Part shown: positions 24,825 through 35,328 of the stretch, piece by piece
Numbering within the stretch: the stretch's first letter is position 1
How the letters are laid out: each line of letters starts with the position of its first letter
Assembly (NCBI GenBank): GCA_003602535.1
Contig: QQSA01000021.1
Span: forward strand, 15,924-68,063
DNA length: 52,140 nucleotides
Source: Candidatus Poseidoniales archaeon
GTDB taxonomy: Archaea > Thermoplasmatota > Poseidoniia > Poseidoniales > Poseidoniaceae
Direction of reading: 5' to 3'
Made by a program: the position numbers and the translations under genes
Notes under the pieces: model-generated
The model's input: only the letters and a program-made list of their open reading frames with translations
Databases searched by the model: none
What the model was told of the DNA's origin: nothing

Positions 24825-27002
24825 ATGCGTCGCGGTTTTACAATCTTATGTTTGGTTCTTTTTTTGGCGCCATTGACCGGTTCCCTAGGTAATGATGTTG
24901 ATTCAAATTCGGAATGGTCATCAGAAATTCCTGAAATGACTCCAATCGTTTACGAAGAGGTAAATTGGTGGGAAAGAACAACCATGGATTCCAATAGAAA
25001 TGGGATTTTCGACTCACTTGAAACTTTGAATGAACCAGTTGGTATAGGCCTATCCTATGGCAGAGATGTTACTGATTCAGATGTAGAATTGCTAGAGTCA
25101 ATGGGTTACGAAATTACAGATGTTATTGAGGCAGTGGATGCAGTTCTATTAGGAGTAATCAATTCAGAAGACATTTGGGAATTATCTCAAATTGATGGAG
25201 TTGTCATGGTTGAAAGATATGGGCAAGTTATTTTGTGGGGAGATGTTCAAACTCCAAACATAAAGGCTGAACCATCAGATGTTTATCCACAAGCTGCATG
25301 GGATTATTCGCCAATGGGCGGCCTTGGAATAAACATTGCAATGGTGGATACAGGAACTGATAATGAACATCCTGGATTGAAAGATAAATTCGTGGCAGGG
25401 TATGATGCAGTTTGCTTTGTTCACACAGACCCTGAATGTGTTCTTGCCGGCGGTAGAGAAACTGATGGATCATTTGACCCAGACGATGGTAACCAACATG
25501 GAACTGCTTGTATGGGTATGGCAGCTGCTACCGGCTTAGATGCTAATGGAGAGCAAACTGGCTTCGAAGGTTCTGCACCCAATGCTAGCTTAATCGATGT
25601 GAGGATTGGTACAGATGCTGGAGCAGGTCCATTCGAAAACTATCTTCTTTCACAAGAATTCTATGAATCTGCAATGAATGGTCTTCAATGGATAATAGAC
25701 AACAAGGACACTCCATGGCCTGGTGTTGATGAGAGCCTGTATGGCATAGATATCATTTCACTTTCTTGGGGTATTACCAGCCACGAAGGCGGAGGTAGTG
25801 ATGGAGAAGACATGCACTCACGTATCCTTAACGAAGCAACTCTTGCAGGAATTGCTGTAAGTGTAGCCGCTGGAAACGATGGTTCAGGAAATGATGGTCT
25901 ATCTGGTATGGGTTCTTCTTCTCTATCGATAACGGTTGGAGCTACTGATGACATGAATACAATCGAAAGAGATGACGATACAATCGCAGGTTATTCTAGT
26001 CGTGGCCCTCGTAGAGACAATGGCGATTCTAATCCTATCAATGAGATGAAGCCAGATGTAACTGCATCAGGTTCAGACATTGTGCAAGCAGAAGCTTGTG
26101 TAACTTCAGGTTCTTGTAACAACTTCTTAGGAGGCGATGCTTCACAAAACGGCTACACGGGACGTGGCTCAGGTACTTCTTACGCAACTCCTGCCGTTAC
26201 AGGAGTAATCGCTCTAATGATGGAGGTAAACGATGAAATCAATCCATTGGTGATTAGAGAAATTCTACGTTCAACTGCAGAAAGAAAAGAAACTCTGTCC
26301 GAAGAAGTAGATGGTGAGGGTGTTGAAGATGGCCCATGGGCTACTTATCCAGACATAGATCCTCATTGGAATCGTCATTTTGGTTGGGGCATGGTAGATG
26401 CTCATGATGCAGTATTGACGGCTAAGTATCTCAATGATGTAGGAATAACAACTTCTGATATGAATTTAGACTTGCAAGTGCACATCGAGGATATTTCAAC
26501 TGATGGTACTGTAAATACCTACACAGGTCTAGCATGGAGCCGTGGAGCAGTAATGGATAAAATCGAATATTCTGTAGATGGTGGAGATACATGGACTGAG
26601 GTAATGTATGAAGATGCAAATGGTTCACTTAGTGCCTACGAATCATTTGCATTCCAGTTTGTTGTAGATACAGATTACCTTCCAGAAGGTGACAATATGA
26701 TTATTGTTAGAGGAGTTGACGAAAATGGGGCTTCATCAATGATATCATGGGACTCAGTAACCGGTGGAGGAAATGTCGAATCTTACGGTAGTGGGGATTC
26801 AATTGGCAGATTGCTGTTTATTGGAGTAGTTGGACTTGCAATCCTAATTTTTGGGGCATTTGTAGCAATTCAACAACAAGTGGATGAACCAGTATTATTC
26901 GTTGCTTCAGGCGATGAAATGTCAAAAACGCCTCCAATAATTGATCATGAACCATTGGAAGCGACATTAGTCGATGATGTATCAGATAGCACCTCATCTT
27001 GA
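24825..27002 (+). CDS. Secreted, membrane-anchored subtilisin-like S8 serine protease
   Basis: MVDTG, HGTACMG, AAGN, GTSYATP, KPDVTA and FGWGMVDA; signal peptide and C-terminal TM. Confidence 0.92.
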   Translation: MRRGFTILCLVLFLAPLTGSLGNDVDSNSEWSSEIPEMTPIVYEEVNWWERTTMDSNRNGIFDSLETLNEPVGIGLSYGRDVTDSDVELLESMGYEITDVIEAVDAVLLGVINSEDIWELSQIDGVVMVERYGQVILWGDVQTPNIKAEPSDVYPQAAWDYSPMGGLGINIAMVDTGTDNEHPGLKDKFVAGYDAVCFVHTDPECVLAGGRETDGSFDPDDGNQHGTACMGMAAATGLDANGEQTGFEGSAPNASLIDVRIGTDAGAGPFENYLLSQEFYESAMNGLQWIIDNKDTPWPGVDESLYGIDIISLSWGITSHEGGGSDGEDMHSRILNEATLAGIAVSVAAGNDGSGNDGLSGMGSSSLSITVGATDDMNTIERDDDTIAGYSSRGPRRDNGDSNPINEMKPDVTASGSDIVQAEACVTSGSCNNFLGGDASQNGYTGRGSGTSYATPAVTGVIALMMEVNDEINPLVIREILRSTAERKETLSEEVDGEGVEDGPWATYPDIDPHWNRHFGWGMVDAHDAVLTAKYLNDVGITTSDMNLDLQVHIEDISTDGTVNTYTGLAWSRGAVMDKIEYSVDGGDTWTEVMYEDANGSLSAYESFAFQFVVDTDYLPEGDNMIIVRGVDENGASSMISWDSVTGGGNVESYGSGDSIGRLLFIGVVGLAILIFGAFVAIQQQVDEPVLFVASGDEMSKTPPIIDHEPLEATLVDDVSDSTSS

Positions 27003-27027
27003 AAAGTGAACTCGTAGTCGACCCGAC

Positions 27028-28176
27028 ATGCGTGGCTTCTCAGATAGAGCAATGGATATCCAACCTACTGGCGTACGCAAGATGTTTGATATGGCAGGTG
27101 ACGATGTAATTTCTTTTGGTTTAGGAGAGCCCGATTTCCAGCCACCTGAAATCGCTATTGAAGCAATGTATCAAGCTATGAAAGATGGTCATAACAAGTA
27201 TACTACTACCGCAGGACTACCAGCTCTACGAAAGAAAATTGCAAAATCTTGGGATCATGTTTGCCCTGGTTTAGATGAGAGCAATGTTTGCATGACAATG
27301 AGTGGTACTAATGCTCTTTTGAACATATTCGCATCGTTGGTAAATCCTGGGAAAAATGTGTTACTTCCAGAACCATATTTTCCATTGTATGGTCCAGATG
27401 TTGGCCTGTGGGGTGGAGAAGCAAGATTTTACGAATGCTTGTTTGAAAATGAGTTTGTTCCTACCATAGAACATCTTGAGACTCTAGTAGATGAAGATAC
27501 AGTTGCGATATTGTATAATTTCCCATCCAATCCAACAGGAGCAACAATTACCAAAGATCAGAGGGATGAATTGCTAAAATTTGCTCAGAGACATGACTTA
27601 TGGTTAATCACTGATGAAGTATATGACCGAATTGTTTTCGATGGCGAACATGTGTCATTTGTTGGTTGTGATAATGACCGTGTTATTCTTGTAAATTCAT
27701 TTTCGAAGACATTTGCTATGACAGGTTGGAGGATTGGTTACATTCTATCTGCAAATTCTGAAGCGATGGCTCAGATGACAAAATTGCAGTATTACATAAC
27801 CGCATGTTCTAATGATGCAATGCAATACGGAGTACTTGCTGCATTTGAAAAGGCAAATGATTACCCAGATGAAATGTGTTCTGAATTCAAAGCACGAAGA
27901 GACCTTATCTGTTCGAGATTAAATGCTATGCCGGGTGTACAATGCCATGTACCTGAAGGAGCATTCTATGTTTTCCCGAAAGTAGATGTCCCTGGGATGT
28001 CAAGTGAGGATGTAGCTATGGAATTGTTGAAAGGAGGTGTTTTGTGTTCACCAGGTAGTGCATTTGGCCCATCAGGTGAAGGTCACCTTAGATTCGCATA
28101 TACAATTTCACGTGAGGATATATCTCTTGGCATGGATAAGACTGAAATCGTGTTGAAAAGATTACGTGGCGATTGA
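27028..28176 (+). CDS. PLP-dependent aminotransferase class I/II (aspartate aminotransferase-like)
   Basis: GLGEPDF, NFPSNPTG, TDEVYD, NSFSKTFAMTGWRIG and PEGAFY. Confidence 0.95.
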   Translation: MRGFSDRAMDIQPTGVRKMFDMAGDDVISFGLGEPDFQPPEIAIEAMYQAMKDGHNKYTTTAGLPALRKKIAKSWDHVCPGLDESNVCMTMSGTNALLNIFASLVNPGKNVLLPEPYFPLYGPDVGLWGGEARFYECLFENEFVPTIEHLETLVDEDTVAILYNFPSNPTGATITKDQRDELLKFAQRHDLWLITDEVYDRIVFDGEHVSFVGCDNDRVILVNSFSKTFAMTGWRIGYILSANSEAMAQMTKLQYYITACSNDAMQYGVLAAFEKANDYPDEMCSEFKARRDLICSRLNAMPGVQCHVPEGAFYVFPKVDVPGMSSEDVAMELLKGGVLCSPGSAFGPSGEGHLRFAYTISREDISLGMDKTEIVLKRLRGD

Positions 28177-28177
28177 G

Positions 28178-28756
28178 ATGTGGTCTGTAATATTGGATTT
28201 CTTCATTGGTGCAATTGTTGCATATATGATTACTAGAGTTCCATATTTGACATTCCCTCGGCTAAAATCTTGGAATGATCATTTCCCTCCTCATCCCGAA
28301 CCTATCTATGTGGATGCATACTTGATACAGAGAGTTCTTCATATGCGTTTATTCTATTGGTTAGGATTGGTATTTGCCATCATCCCTCTTGTATTTGGTT
28401 GGATGAGTATGTCATATGGTTCTCCTGCTATCGGATTTGGATTATGGTGTGTGTCAGGGTGGCTAATTCTTTCTCGCCTTACAGGTTTCATCTCTGATGA
28501 AGACCCTCCTTGGACAAAACAATTGGCTATGCACTTACAATTGGTTAGGAATAAAGCAGACTCAGAAAAGTCTTGCTGCAATTTACCCTATCCTGTTTGG
28601 CAAGTGACTTGTGTAAGGTGTACCAATTGCGGCTCTAAATTGCTAAACAAACCGAGACCTGATTTAGGTCGTCGACGTAGTGATGGATTTATTCGAGGAT
28701 TTTTCCGTTTGATTGTAACGGATGGTAGGCCAATAGTTGCTAGTGAAGAGGAATAA
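28178..28756 (+). CDS. Three-TM membrane protein with C-terminal Cys cluster (possible zinc ribbon)
   Basis: Hydrophobic helices followed by CC...CVRCTNCG. ATG lies 1 nt after the aminotransferase stop. Confidence 0.75.
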   Translation: MWSVILDFFIGAIVAYMITRVPYLTFPRLKSWNDHFPPHPEPIYVDAYLIQRVLHMRLFYWLGLVFAIIPLVFGWMSMSYGSPAIGFGLWCVSGWLILSRLTGFISDEDPPWTKQLAMHLQLVRNKADSEKSCCNLPYPVWQVTCVRCTNCGSKLLNKPRPDLGRRRSDGFIRGFFRLIVTDGRPIVASEEE

Positions 28757-30148
28757 TCAATCAAACATTGAACCGAATCCTTCGAATTCAGAAGGCTCAT
28801 CTTCTTCAGGCTGAGATGTATCTTCTTCCGGTTGTACATCTGGTAATGAATCGGTATTGTCAACGAATGAGAAAGCATCTTCAGTAGTTGATACAGCATC
28901 CATTCCACTATCGAATGCTTGTGGCGCAGAATTTGCTGCAGCAATTGCGGTATTGCCTGCACTTTGTGCTTTGGAAGCAATTCCTGAGGCTGCTGTTGCC
29001 GCGATTCCAATACCAATTCCAACCGTTGCTCCGGCAACAGCTCCAACAACTCTTCCTGCAGATATCAGTGCGCCACCGTCTCCTTCTTCTTCAGGAGTTT
29101 TAATTTCAACTTCATCTCCCAATCTCATCCATTCTGGAGGAGTTCCCGATCCTCCTCCCAAACAAGCTAATGTTGTGAATGCTGCTAATGGCATTACAGC
29201 CAGTGCAGTTAACAGATCCAAGAAAGATGTTTCAGGAACACTACCAATTCTTAGTAAATCTTCCATGAATGTCTGTTCTAGATCTAAATTGGTAGACAAA
29301 TCTGCTCCTATCCATGATAATACGATTACACTTGCTAACCTACCCATCAGCCATAATACAAGTACAGGTGCTAGCCAAGATAGTTTAGTCATTGAAATCA
29401 ACCATCGTCTAGTGAATGCTGCAGTTGTTATGTGCTTGCGAGCAAATTTAGGAAATACTCTCATCACCATAATTAGTACAATGAGGTAGCAAGCCATTGC
29501 GACCTCTAATCTACGATTTTGTTTAATCCATTCTTCAGGTATGAAAATAATGAAACCTAGTGGAATGATTACCAGCATTAGCTGGAATGGAATTGCCAGT
29601 AGCACTAATCCTCCATGAGTAGAGAGAAGTGAATGTCTTTTGAGAATTCTATCATTGACCATTACTGTTAATTTAGCATGGGGAGATTTAGCATGATTTC
29701 TTCTTGAATTGCGAAGTGTAGCAGCATCTCTCTTAGCCCTGGTCAGTCCAAATGCTGCTCGCCATCCTCCCTTCTCAACTACCGATAGTGGAGTGAATCC
29801 TCCACATAATAATGCAAGCATTAGAGCTAGCATCCCGTATGCTAAGGATGCAGCAATAATCCACGGTATCATTTCAGATTGAAATGACATTGTGAAATTT
29901 TCTGATGCCATTTCAAAATTAATTAGGTAAGTGATAGAAAATGCAGCCATTGGAGTTAAGAATATTTGACAGAAAACTAGTCCAGTTAACCACAGGCGAG
30001 CAGCCATAGGACCTTTGTTAGAATACTCACCCACACTAGCACCCCAACTCTTTGCTTTCTCAAAGGTTGCCCTCGATTCATACCTGCAAGTACCGATTAA
30101 AACACTTCTTTGAATATGCCAATTAACTTCTGTCCCCTTCGGGGACAT
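28757..30148 (-). CDS. Polytopic membrane protein of unknown function with Gly/Ala-rich helix and acidic tail
   Basis: About 6 TM helices. ATG 30148 avoids overlap with the divergent gene; the ORF extension to 30337 is unlikely to be real. Confidence 0.75.
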   Translation of the reverse strand: MSPKGTEVNWHIQRSVLIGTCRYESRATFEKAKSWGASVGEYSNKGPMAARLWLTGLVFCQIFLTPMAAFSITYLINFEMASENFTMSFQSEMIPWIIAASLAYGMLALMLALLCGGFTPLSVVEKGGWRAAFGLTRAKRDAATLRNSRRNHAKSPHAKLTVMVNDRILKRHSLLSTHGGLVLLAIPFQLMLVIIPLGFIIFIPEEWIKQNRRLEVAMACYLIVLIMVMRVFPKFARKHITTAAFTRRWLISMTKLSWLAPVLVLWLMGRLASVIVLSWIGADLSTNLDLEQTFMEDLLRIGSVPETSFLDLLTALAVMPLAAFTTLACLGGGSGTPPEWMRLGDEVEIKTPEEEGDGGALISAGRVVGAVAGATVGIGIGIAATAASGIASKAQSAGNTAIAAANSAPQAFDSGMDAVSTTEDAFSFVDNTDSLPDVQPEEDTSQPEEDEPSEFEGFGSMFD

Positions 30149-30160
30149 GTGAAGGGGACA
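30131..30160. repeat. Perfect 10-bp inverted repeat with an internal alternative hairpin
   Basis: TGTCCCCTTC-N10-GAAGGGGACA; also TGTCCCC-TTC-GGGGACA. Confidence 0.8.
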
Positions 30161-30191
30161 TTCATATGCCAAACTATGTTCGCATGCTGTG

Positions 30192-33100
30192 ATGAACATG
30201 CGCAAGACGATACCACTTCTATTGGTGACAATCCTTCTCATGCAATCTCTACTAGTTTTGACTGTGGATGAAGTCGAAGCTACAATGGGCCGCGGTGGCT
30301 CTTCTGATGATTTCTCAGTTTCAGAAATAGAATTCAATTCTTCTGAAGAAAATCATTGGATTCAGCCTGATGGAAGTGTGGTAGTTTACATTGCTAAGGG
30401 CGATATTGTTGATATTTCCGTTGAAGTTCGTCGAGGAGGTGGGGCATTAACAGGTTCTAGTGCTACTGTCTCGGTTGAAATGGTTCATCCAATCGGATAT
30501 GTTATGAATTCAACTTCCTGGGAAACAGTCCCTATGCTCGGAGGTCAATCTTACACCGATTCATTCACTTGGGATGCATATGTTGCTCATTCATATCTGA
30601 ATGTTTCATCTAACGAATTGTCAGGTGGAATAATAATTAGAGCCACAGTTTTCAATTCTGCAGATGATCGAAATGAGAACGATGTGATGGAGAAGTCATT
30701 GCCTGTTGCTATTGCTCAGGATGACATGGATGCTGAAGGCGATCCTCGTGACCAAGCTCTACCAACCGCTTCCAAAGCAACTTTCTATGGTGGAGAATAT
30801 CCAATCGACGGCAGTGATGCTACAGGAATTGGAATCTGGCAGGAAGACGGCACTTCTTCTGCAGTTGGTTCTGCAAATTGGCGTCATTCAAATGCAGGTT
30901 CAGATTACCCTTCTGCATCACGAAGCCGTCTCGTATTCGCATTCAGAGGAGCAGATAGTAACTGTGGTTACGGTGCCTCTTTGGATGGTGGTCTGTCACA
31001 ACAATACATTCAGTGGATGTGTAAGGTTCAACTCAACTCAGCAGGATTAGTTTCTGCGCAAATGCACGCCCAAACATGGGGCCAAATGGGTGCAGGGGAC
31101 ATGGTCGCACTAGAATTATGGAGAGGAAACGGTGCTCCTGAAAATACGATTTACCATAATTTTGCTGAAGATATGCCAAGTACAGCAGCTGGTTCTTGGA
31201 GTAATATTTCTTGGGATCCTACTGACCAACTTGGTGGTCACTCGTGGTCATATGGTATATTATTCCAATCAGATGGTTCAGGTGCTTCAAGTGGAATGCA
31301 TGTAGATGACTTCGTAATGTTTGGTATTGAGAAAGTTAGTGAATATACTTTAGATATCGATTGTGATAACCCTACTGGCGGATACACCACGCCTCCAAAT
31401 ACAATTGTTCCAATGTATTGTACAATTACCAATAATGGATACATGGGTGCTCAGGTAAGATTACAATCAAACATATCGAATACAACTTGGATGAATCCAA
31501 GTCTGCCGATGATTAGAATTGATAGCGACAATCCTAATCAGCACGGAACCAATGTAATTCTGCCAGTAATTCCTGGAGGAAATACTTCGGAAATGTGGAT
31601 TAATCTTTCAATACCTGCGGGAGCAGATGTCCAACAACAAGTTTGGCAAGTTTGGTGGGAAGATGCAGGCGGTACACAATTGGGTGAAATGGGCAGGATT
31701 GCTACTGATATTGCGATAACGGAACAGTATGGTGTTCACCTTTCATCTACCGCTCCTCTTCTTGCAACATCTTTGCTTCCTGGTGAGTCGGCAGATATAC
31801 CGTTTAAATTACAGAATGCAGGTAACAGAGAAGCAGGATTTACAGTTACATCTAATTTCCAAGCAGACAACTGGGTTGCATATGTTACCGATTTAAATCA
31901 CCAAATTGTCCAGATGCCAATGCCTCTTGCTAAGGGCGAACAATTAGAATTGTTACTGAACGTAACAGCTCCTGAAGATTCATCTCCTGGTGAGATTCCT
32001 TTCTCGTTGAGAGCAGTATGTCCTTCTTGTGGACAATCATTATTTGGAAATGATGTGATTTCTAAGAAGATAGATGTTCCAGTTCTCAGAGAACTTTCAA
32101 TGGCTGCTGAGGAATTGTATGTTGAAGCACCTGCTAACGGGAACACTAGAATTGTGTATGTAGATTTATTGAATCTTGGAAATGATGATGAAGCCTATTC
32201 TCTCGATTTAGTAGAGTCGAATTGGCGCCTACAAGCTTCTCTTTCAGCTGATGAAACCCCGGTCTTAGATGCATGGGATGGCGAAACTAGTATTGCTTTG
32301 AATCTACCAATGCCAATCGGACTTGCTCCTGGCTTATACACTGCTAGAATTACAGCCTCTAGTATCGATGATCCATCGGTCCAAGAGCAAATTACAATCA
32401 ATGTCGAGGTGACAAATACTTCATCTGCAGGAGTTTCAGATGAAGTTGCAGATCAATCATATATTCCAGGTGGAGATCCACAATCTATGAGATTTGAAAT
32501 TACTAACAATGGAAATAAGGCTGATAGATTCGTTATGAGTATGGATGCTCCAGAGGGAATGAATGCACAATTCGAACAACTGATTGGAGAAAATTTGACC
32601 CCTCTACTCAATCCAGGAGAATCTTACAATGTTACAGTTACCTTCACATTTGATGATGATGTCAACGGCCAACTAGTTCTAAAGGTAATTGCAACAAGTG
32701 TAAATGACAATGATGTCACATCGGATGGTACATGCACTTATCTGGTCGGTTCACAGAACTGGCTGCGAATTATCTCAACAGAATCAATCATGATTTCCGA
32801 ATCTGGTAAAGTTGAAGTTGTTGTGAGAGTCAGGAATCAATATGATGCAGGTCAATCTGTAACTATGTCAATTGATCAACAAGGTAACAATAAATGGTAC
32901 AGTGCGTCAATAAAGAATACAGATAGGGATTTCTGGTTGGAAGTGGAAGGTGAAAGAGAAGTTACAATCATTTTGGATGTTCCATCTTCTGTTCTAGAAA
33001 CTCTTGATGAAGATTATGTTGATACTTATGTGAAAGTATGGGCCAAATCAAATTCTGTAGAAGAGTCAGCTTCTCTAGATTTACCAATCACACTGAAGAG

Positions 33101-33542
33101 TGTAGAATCAACAGATGATGAATCTGCAGGCTCTGGTTCAACAGATTGGGTCTCTGTTAGTATTTGGATTGTAGGAGCTGCTCTAATCATTTCTTTGCTT
33201 GGTGTATTATTGATGGTTATCAATAGTACCGAAGAAGAGGAAGCACAGCAATGGGACGACAATGGATATGAAGATAACTTGTCAGCAACTTACGGTTCAG
33301 TCGCTGCAGCACCTACGGTTGGTGCGATGGGAATTGAAAAAGCCGTTCCTGAAATATCTCCTCCAACCGTAGTCAATGTGGCTAATGTAAACGATGTGAC
33401 CACATATGATAGTGCTACATCAGGAGATGTTAACTCCAATTCTGAAGTGACTGGGCCTCCAGTACCAGAGGCAGGCTTACCAGAAGGTTGGACCATGGAT
33501 CAATGGGCGCATTACGGTCAACAATGGCTAGATAGTCAATAA
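30192..33542 (+). CDS. Large secreted, membrane-anchored surface protein (jelly-roll/MAM-like domain + COG1470/NEW3-like Ig repeats)
   Basis: Signal peptide; GMHVDDF; repeated N-x-GN units (LQNAGN, LNLGN, ITNNGN); TM; C-terminal PPVPEAGLPEGWTMDQWAHYGQQWL. Confidence 0.85.
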   Translation: MNMRKTIPLLLVTILLMQSLLVLTVDEVEATMGRGGSSDDFSVSEIEFNSSEENHWIQPDGSVVVYIAKGDIVDISVEVRRGGGALTGSSATVSVEMVHPIGYVMNSTSWETVPMLGGQSYTDSFTWDAYVAHSYLNVSSNELSGGIIIRATVFNSADDRNENDVMEKSLPVAIAQDDMDAEGDPRDQALPTASKATFYGGEYPIDGSDATGIGIWQEDGTSSAVGSANWRHSNAGSDYPSASRSRLVFAFRGADSNCGYGASLDGGLSQQYIQWMCKVQLNSAGLVSAQMHAQTWGQMGAGDMVALELWRGNGAPENTIYHNFAEDMPSTAAGSWSNISWDPTDQLGGHSWSYGILFQSDGSGASSGMHVDDFVMFGIEKVSEYTLDIDCDNPTGGYTTPPNTIVPMYCTITNNGYMGAQVRLQSNISNTTWMNPSLPMIRIDSDNPNQHGTNVILPVIPGGNTSEMWINLSIPAGADVQQQVWQVWWEDAGGTQLGEMGRIATDIAITEQYGVHLSSTAPLLATSLLPGESADIPFKLQNAGNREAGFTVTSNFQADNWVAYVTDLNHQIVQMPMPLAKGEQLELLLNVTAPEDSSPGEIPFSLRAVCPSCGQSLFGNDVISKKIDVPVLRELSMAAEELYVEAPANGNTRIVYVDLLNLGNDDEAYSLDLVESNWRLQASLSADETPVLDAWDGETSIALNLPMPIGLAPGLYTARITASSIDDPSVQEQITINVEVTNTSSAGVSDEVADQSYIPGGDPQSMRFEITNNGNKADRFVMSMDAPEGMNAQFEQLIGENLTPLLNPGESYNVTVTFTFDDDVNGQLVLKVIATSVNDNDVTSDGTCTYLVGSQNWLRIISTESIMISESGKVEVVVRVRNQYDAGQSVTMSIDQQGNNKWYSASIKNTDRDFWLEVEGEREVTIILDVPSSVLETLDEDYVDTYVKVWAKSNSVEESASLDLPITLKSVESTDDESAGSGSTDWVSVSIWIVGAALIISLLGVLLMVINSTEEEEAQQWDDNGYEDNLSATYGSVAAAPTVGAMGIEKAVPEISPPTVVNVANVNDVTTYDSATSGDVNSNSEVTGPPVPEAGLPEGWTMDQWAHYGQQWLDSQ

Positions 33543-33603
33543 TTATCTCTAGCGATGGATTGAAGGCGTAATGCCCGTGGGAACAACTACTGAGGCACTG
33601 ATT

Positions 33604-35226
33604 ATGTATGGAAATGGACAAGCACCGATATTCATTCTAAAAGATGGAGTTCAGCGAACAAGAGGTCGCAGTGCTCAATCTAACAACATTGCAGCAGCAA
33701 AGGCTGTTGCAGACGCAGTAAGAAGCACTCTTGGTCCTAAGGGAATGGACAAAATGCTAGTTGATAGCATGGGTGATGTGGTAATCACCAATGATGGTGC
33801 CACTATATTGAAAGAAATGGATATTGAACATCCTGCTGCAAAGATGATTATCGAAGTTGCTAAGACTCAAGAGCAGCATTGCTATGATGGGACAACATCT
33901 GCAGTAGTTCTCTCGGGTGAATTGTTGAAGAGATCTGAAGATTTGATTGAACAAAATGTTCACCCTACTGTAATTTGTGAAGGTTTCAGACTTGCTGCTG
34001 AAAAAGCAGTAGGATGTCTTGAATCCCATGGTATTTCAACAAAGAATGATGATTCTGTTTTGATGGAAGTTGCTAAGACTTCCCTTACAGGTAAATCTGC
34101 GGGCGCAGTAAAGTCATTTTTGGCAGATATCTGTGTTAGAGCGGTCAATTCAGTTGGTACAATTGAGGATGGAGAAAGAATGGTCGACCTTTCAGATATT
34201 AAGGTTGAAAAGCGCCAGGGAGGATCTATCAAAGATAGTACCCTTGTGGATGGAATTATTTTGGACAAAGAAAGAGTTCATGCAGGTATGCCACGTTCAA
34301 TTTCCGACGCCAAGATTGCTTTGATTAACAGTGCGATTGAAGTTAAGAAGACAGAAGTCGATGCTAAGATTCAGATCACAGATCCGTCAATGCTTGCATC
34401 ATTCCTCGAAGAAGAAGAGAATTACATTCGAACTTTAGTAGAGAAAATACAGGCTAGTGGTGCTAATGCAATCATTTGTCAGAAAGGTATTGACGACCTT
34501 GCTCAGCACTACATGTCAAAAGCAGGAATCTTCGCAATACGCCGTGCTAAAAAGAGTGACATGGAAGCACTTTCTAAGGCAACAGGAGGTCGAGTCGTTA
34601 CCAATATTGATGATTTGACATTCGAAGATTTGGGATCAGCTGCTAAAGTAGAAGAGCGCAAGATCGGCGAATCAGATATGACCTTCATTACCGGTTGTCC
34701 TGAAGCCAAATCGGTTTCAGTTCTACTAAGGGGCGGAACCGAACACGTAGTCGACGAGATTCGTCGTGCTTTCGATGATGCAGTAGGCGTAGTTTCAGTC
34801 GCATGGGAAGATGGTGCAGTTCTGACTGGTGGAGGTAGTGTTCTAGCCGCTCTATCTCGTGATTTGAGGGCTTATGCTGAATCGATTGGTGGTCGTGAAC
34901 AAATGGCAATCGAAGCGTTTGCAAGTGCACTGGAAATTATTCCTAGAACTCTTGCGGAAAATGCAGGTTTAGATCCAGTGACGACAATAATCGAATTAAG
35001 AAAATCTCATGCTGATGGAAATGCAAATTCCGGAATCAACGTTGAAGAAGGCGGTGTAATGGATATGTTTGAAGCAAATGTTTTGGAGCCCCAGAGGGTA
35101 GTAGAACAAGCAATTCAGTCAGCAACAGAGACTGCAATTATGATTCTTAGAATCGACGATGTAATTTCTTCCAAAGGAATATCTGGTGAAGATATGATGG
35201 GTGGAATGGACGATTTCCACATGTGA
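33604..35226 (+). CDS. ths: Thermosome (group II chaperonin) subunit
   Basis: [44 protein letters not shown] and ILRIDDVI. Confidence 0.97.
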   Translation: MYGNGQAPIFILKDGVQRTRGRSAQSNNIAAAKAVADAVRSTLGPKGMDKMLVDSMGDVVITNDGATILKEMDIEHPAAKMIIEVAKTQEQHCYDGTTSAVVLSGELLKRSEDLIEQNVHPTVICEGFRLAAEKAVGCLESHGISTKNDDSVLMEVAKTSLTGKSAGAVKSFLADICVRAVNSVGTIEDGERMVDLSDIKVEKRQGGSIKDSTLVDGIILDKERVHAGMPRSISDAKIALINSAIEVKKTEVDAKIQITDPSMLASFLEEEENYIRTLVEKIQASGANAIICQKGIDDLAQHYMSKAGIFAIRRAKKSDMEALSKATGGRVVTNIDDLTFEDLGSAAKVEERKIGESDMTFITGCPEAKSVSVLLRGGTEHVVDEIRRAFDDAVGVVSVAWEDGAVLTGGGSVLAALSRDLRAYAESIGGREQMAIEAFASALEIIPRTLAENAGLDPVTTIIELRKSHADGNANSGINVEEGGVMDMFEANVLEPQRVVEQAIQSATETAIMILRIDDVISSKGISGEDMMGGMDDFHM

Positions 35227-35263
35227 TTTTTTGTCCACAGAAATTCTCTCCCTTTAGGGAGAG
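35227..35263 (+). terminator. Oligo-T tract plus 8-bp inverted repeat after the thermosome gene
   Basis: TTTTTT directly after the stop; CTCTCCCT-TT-AGGGAGAG at 35246-35263. Confidence 0.5.
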
Positions 35264-35328
35264 GCACGAACCTTCAAAGACTACATCCTAGTGGAATGTA
35301 TTGCTCAGCGTGAGCATTAGGTGAACTC

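Noticed and set aside
28857-29489. 210-aa plus-strand ORF
   Set aside because: In-register antisense shadow of the membrane protein with no recognisable motifs.
30149-30337. Head-to-head coding overlap of the 526-aa ORF with the surface-protein gene
   Set aside because: Better explained by an over-extended start; ATG 30148 removes the overlap.
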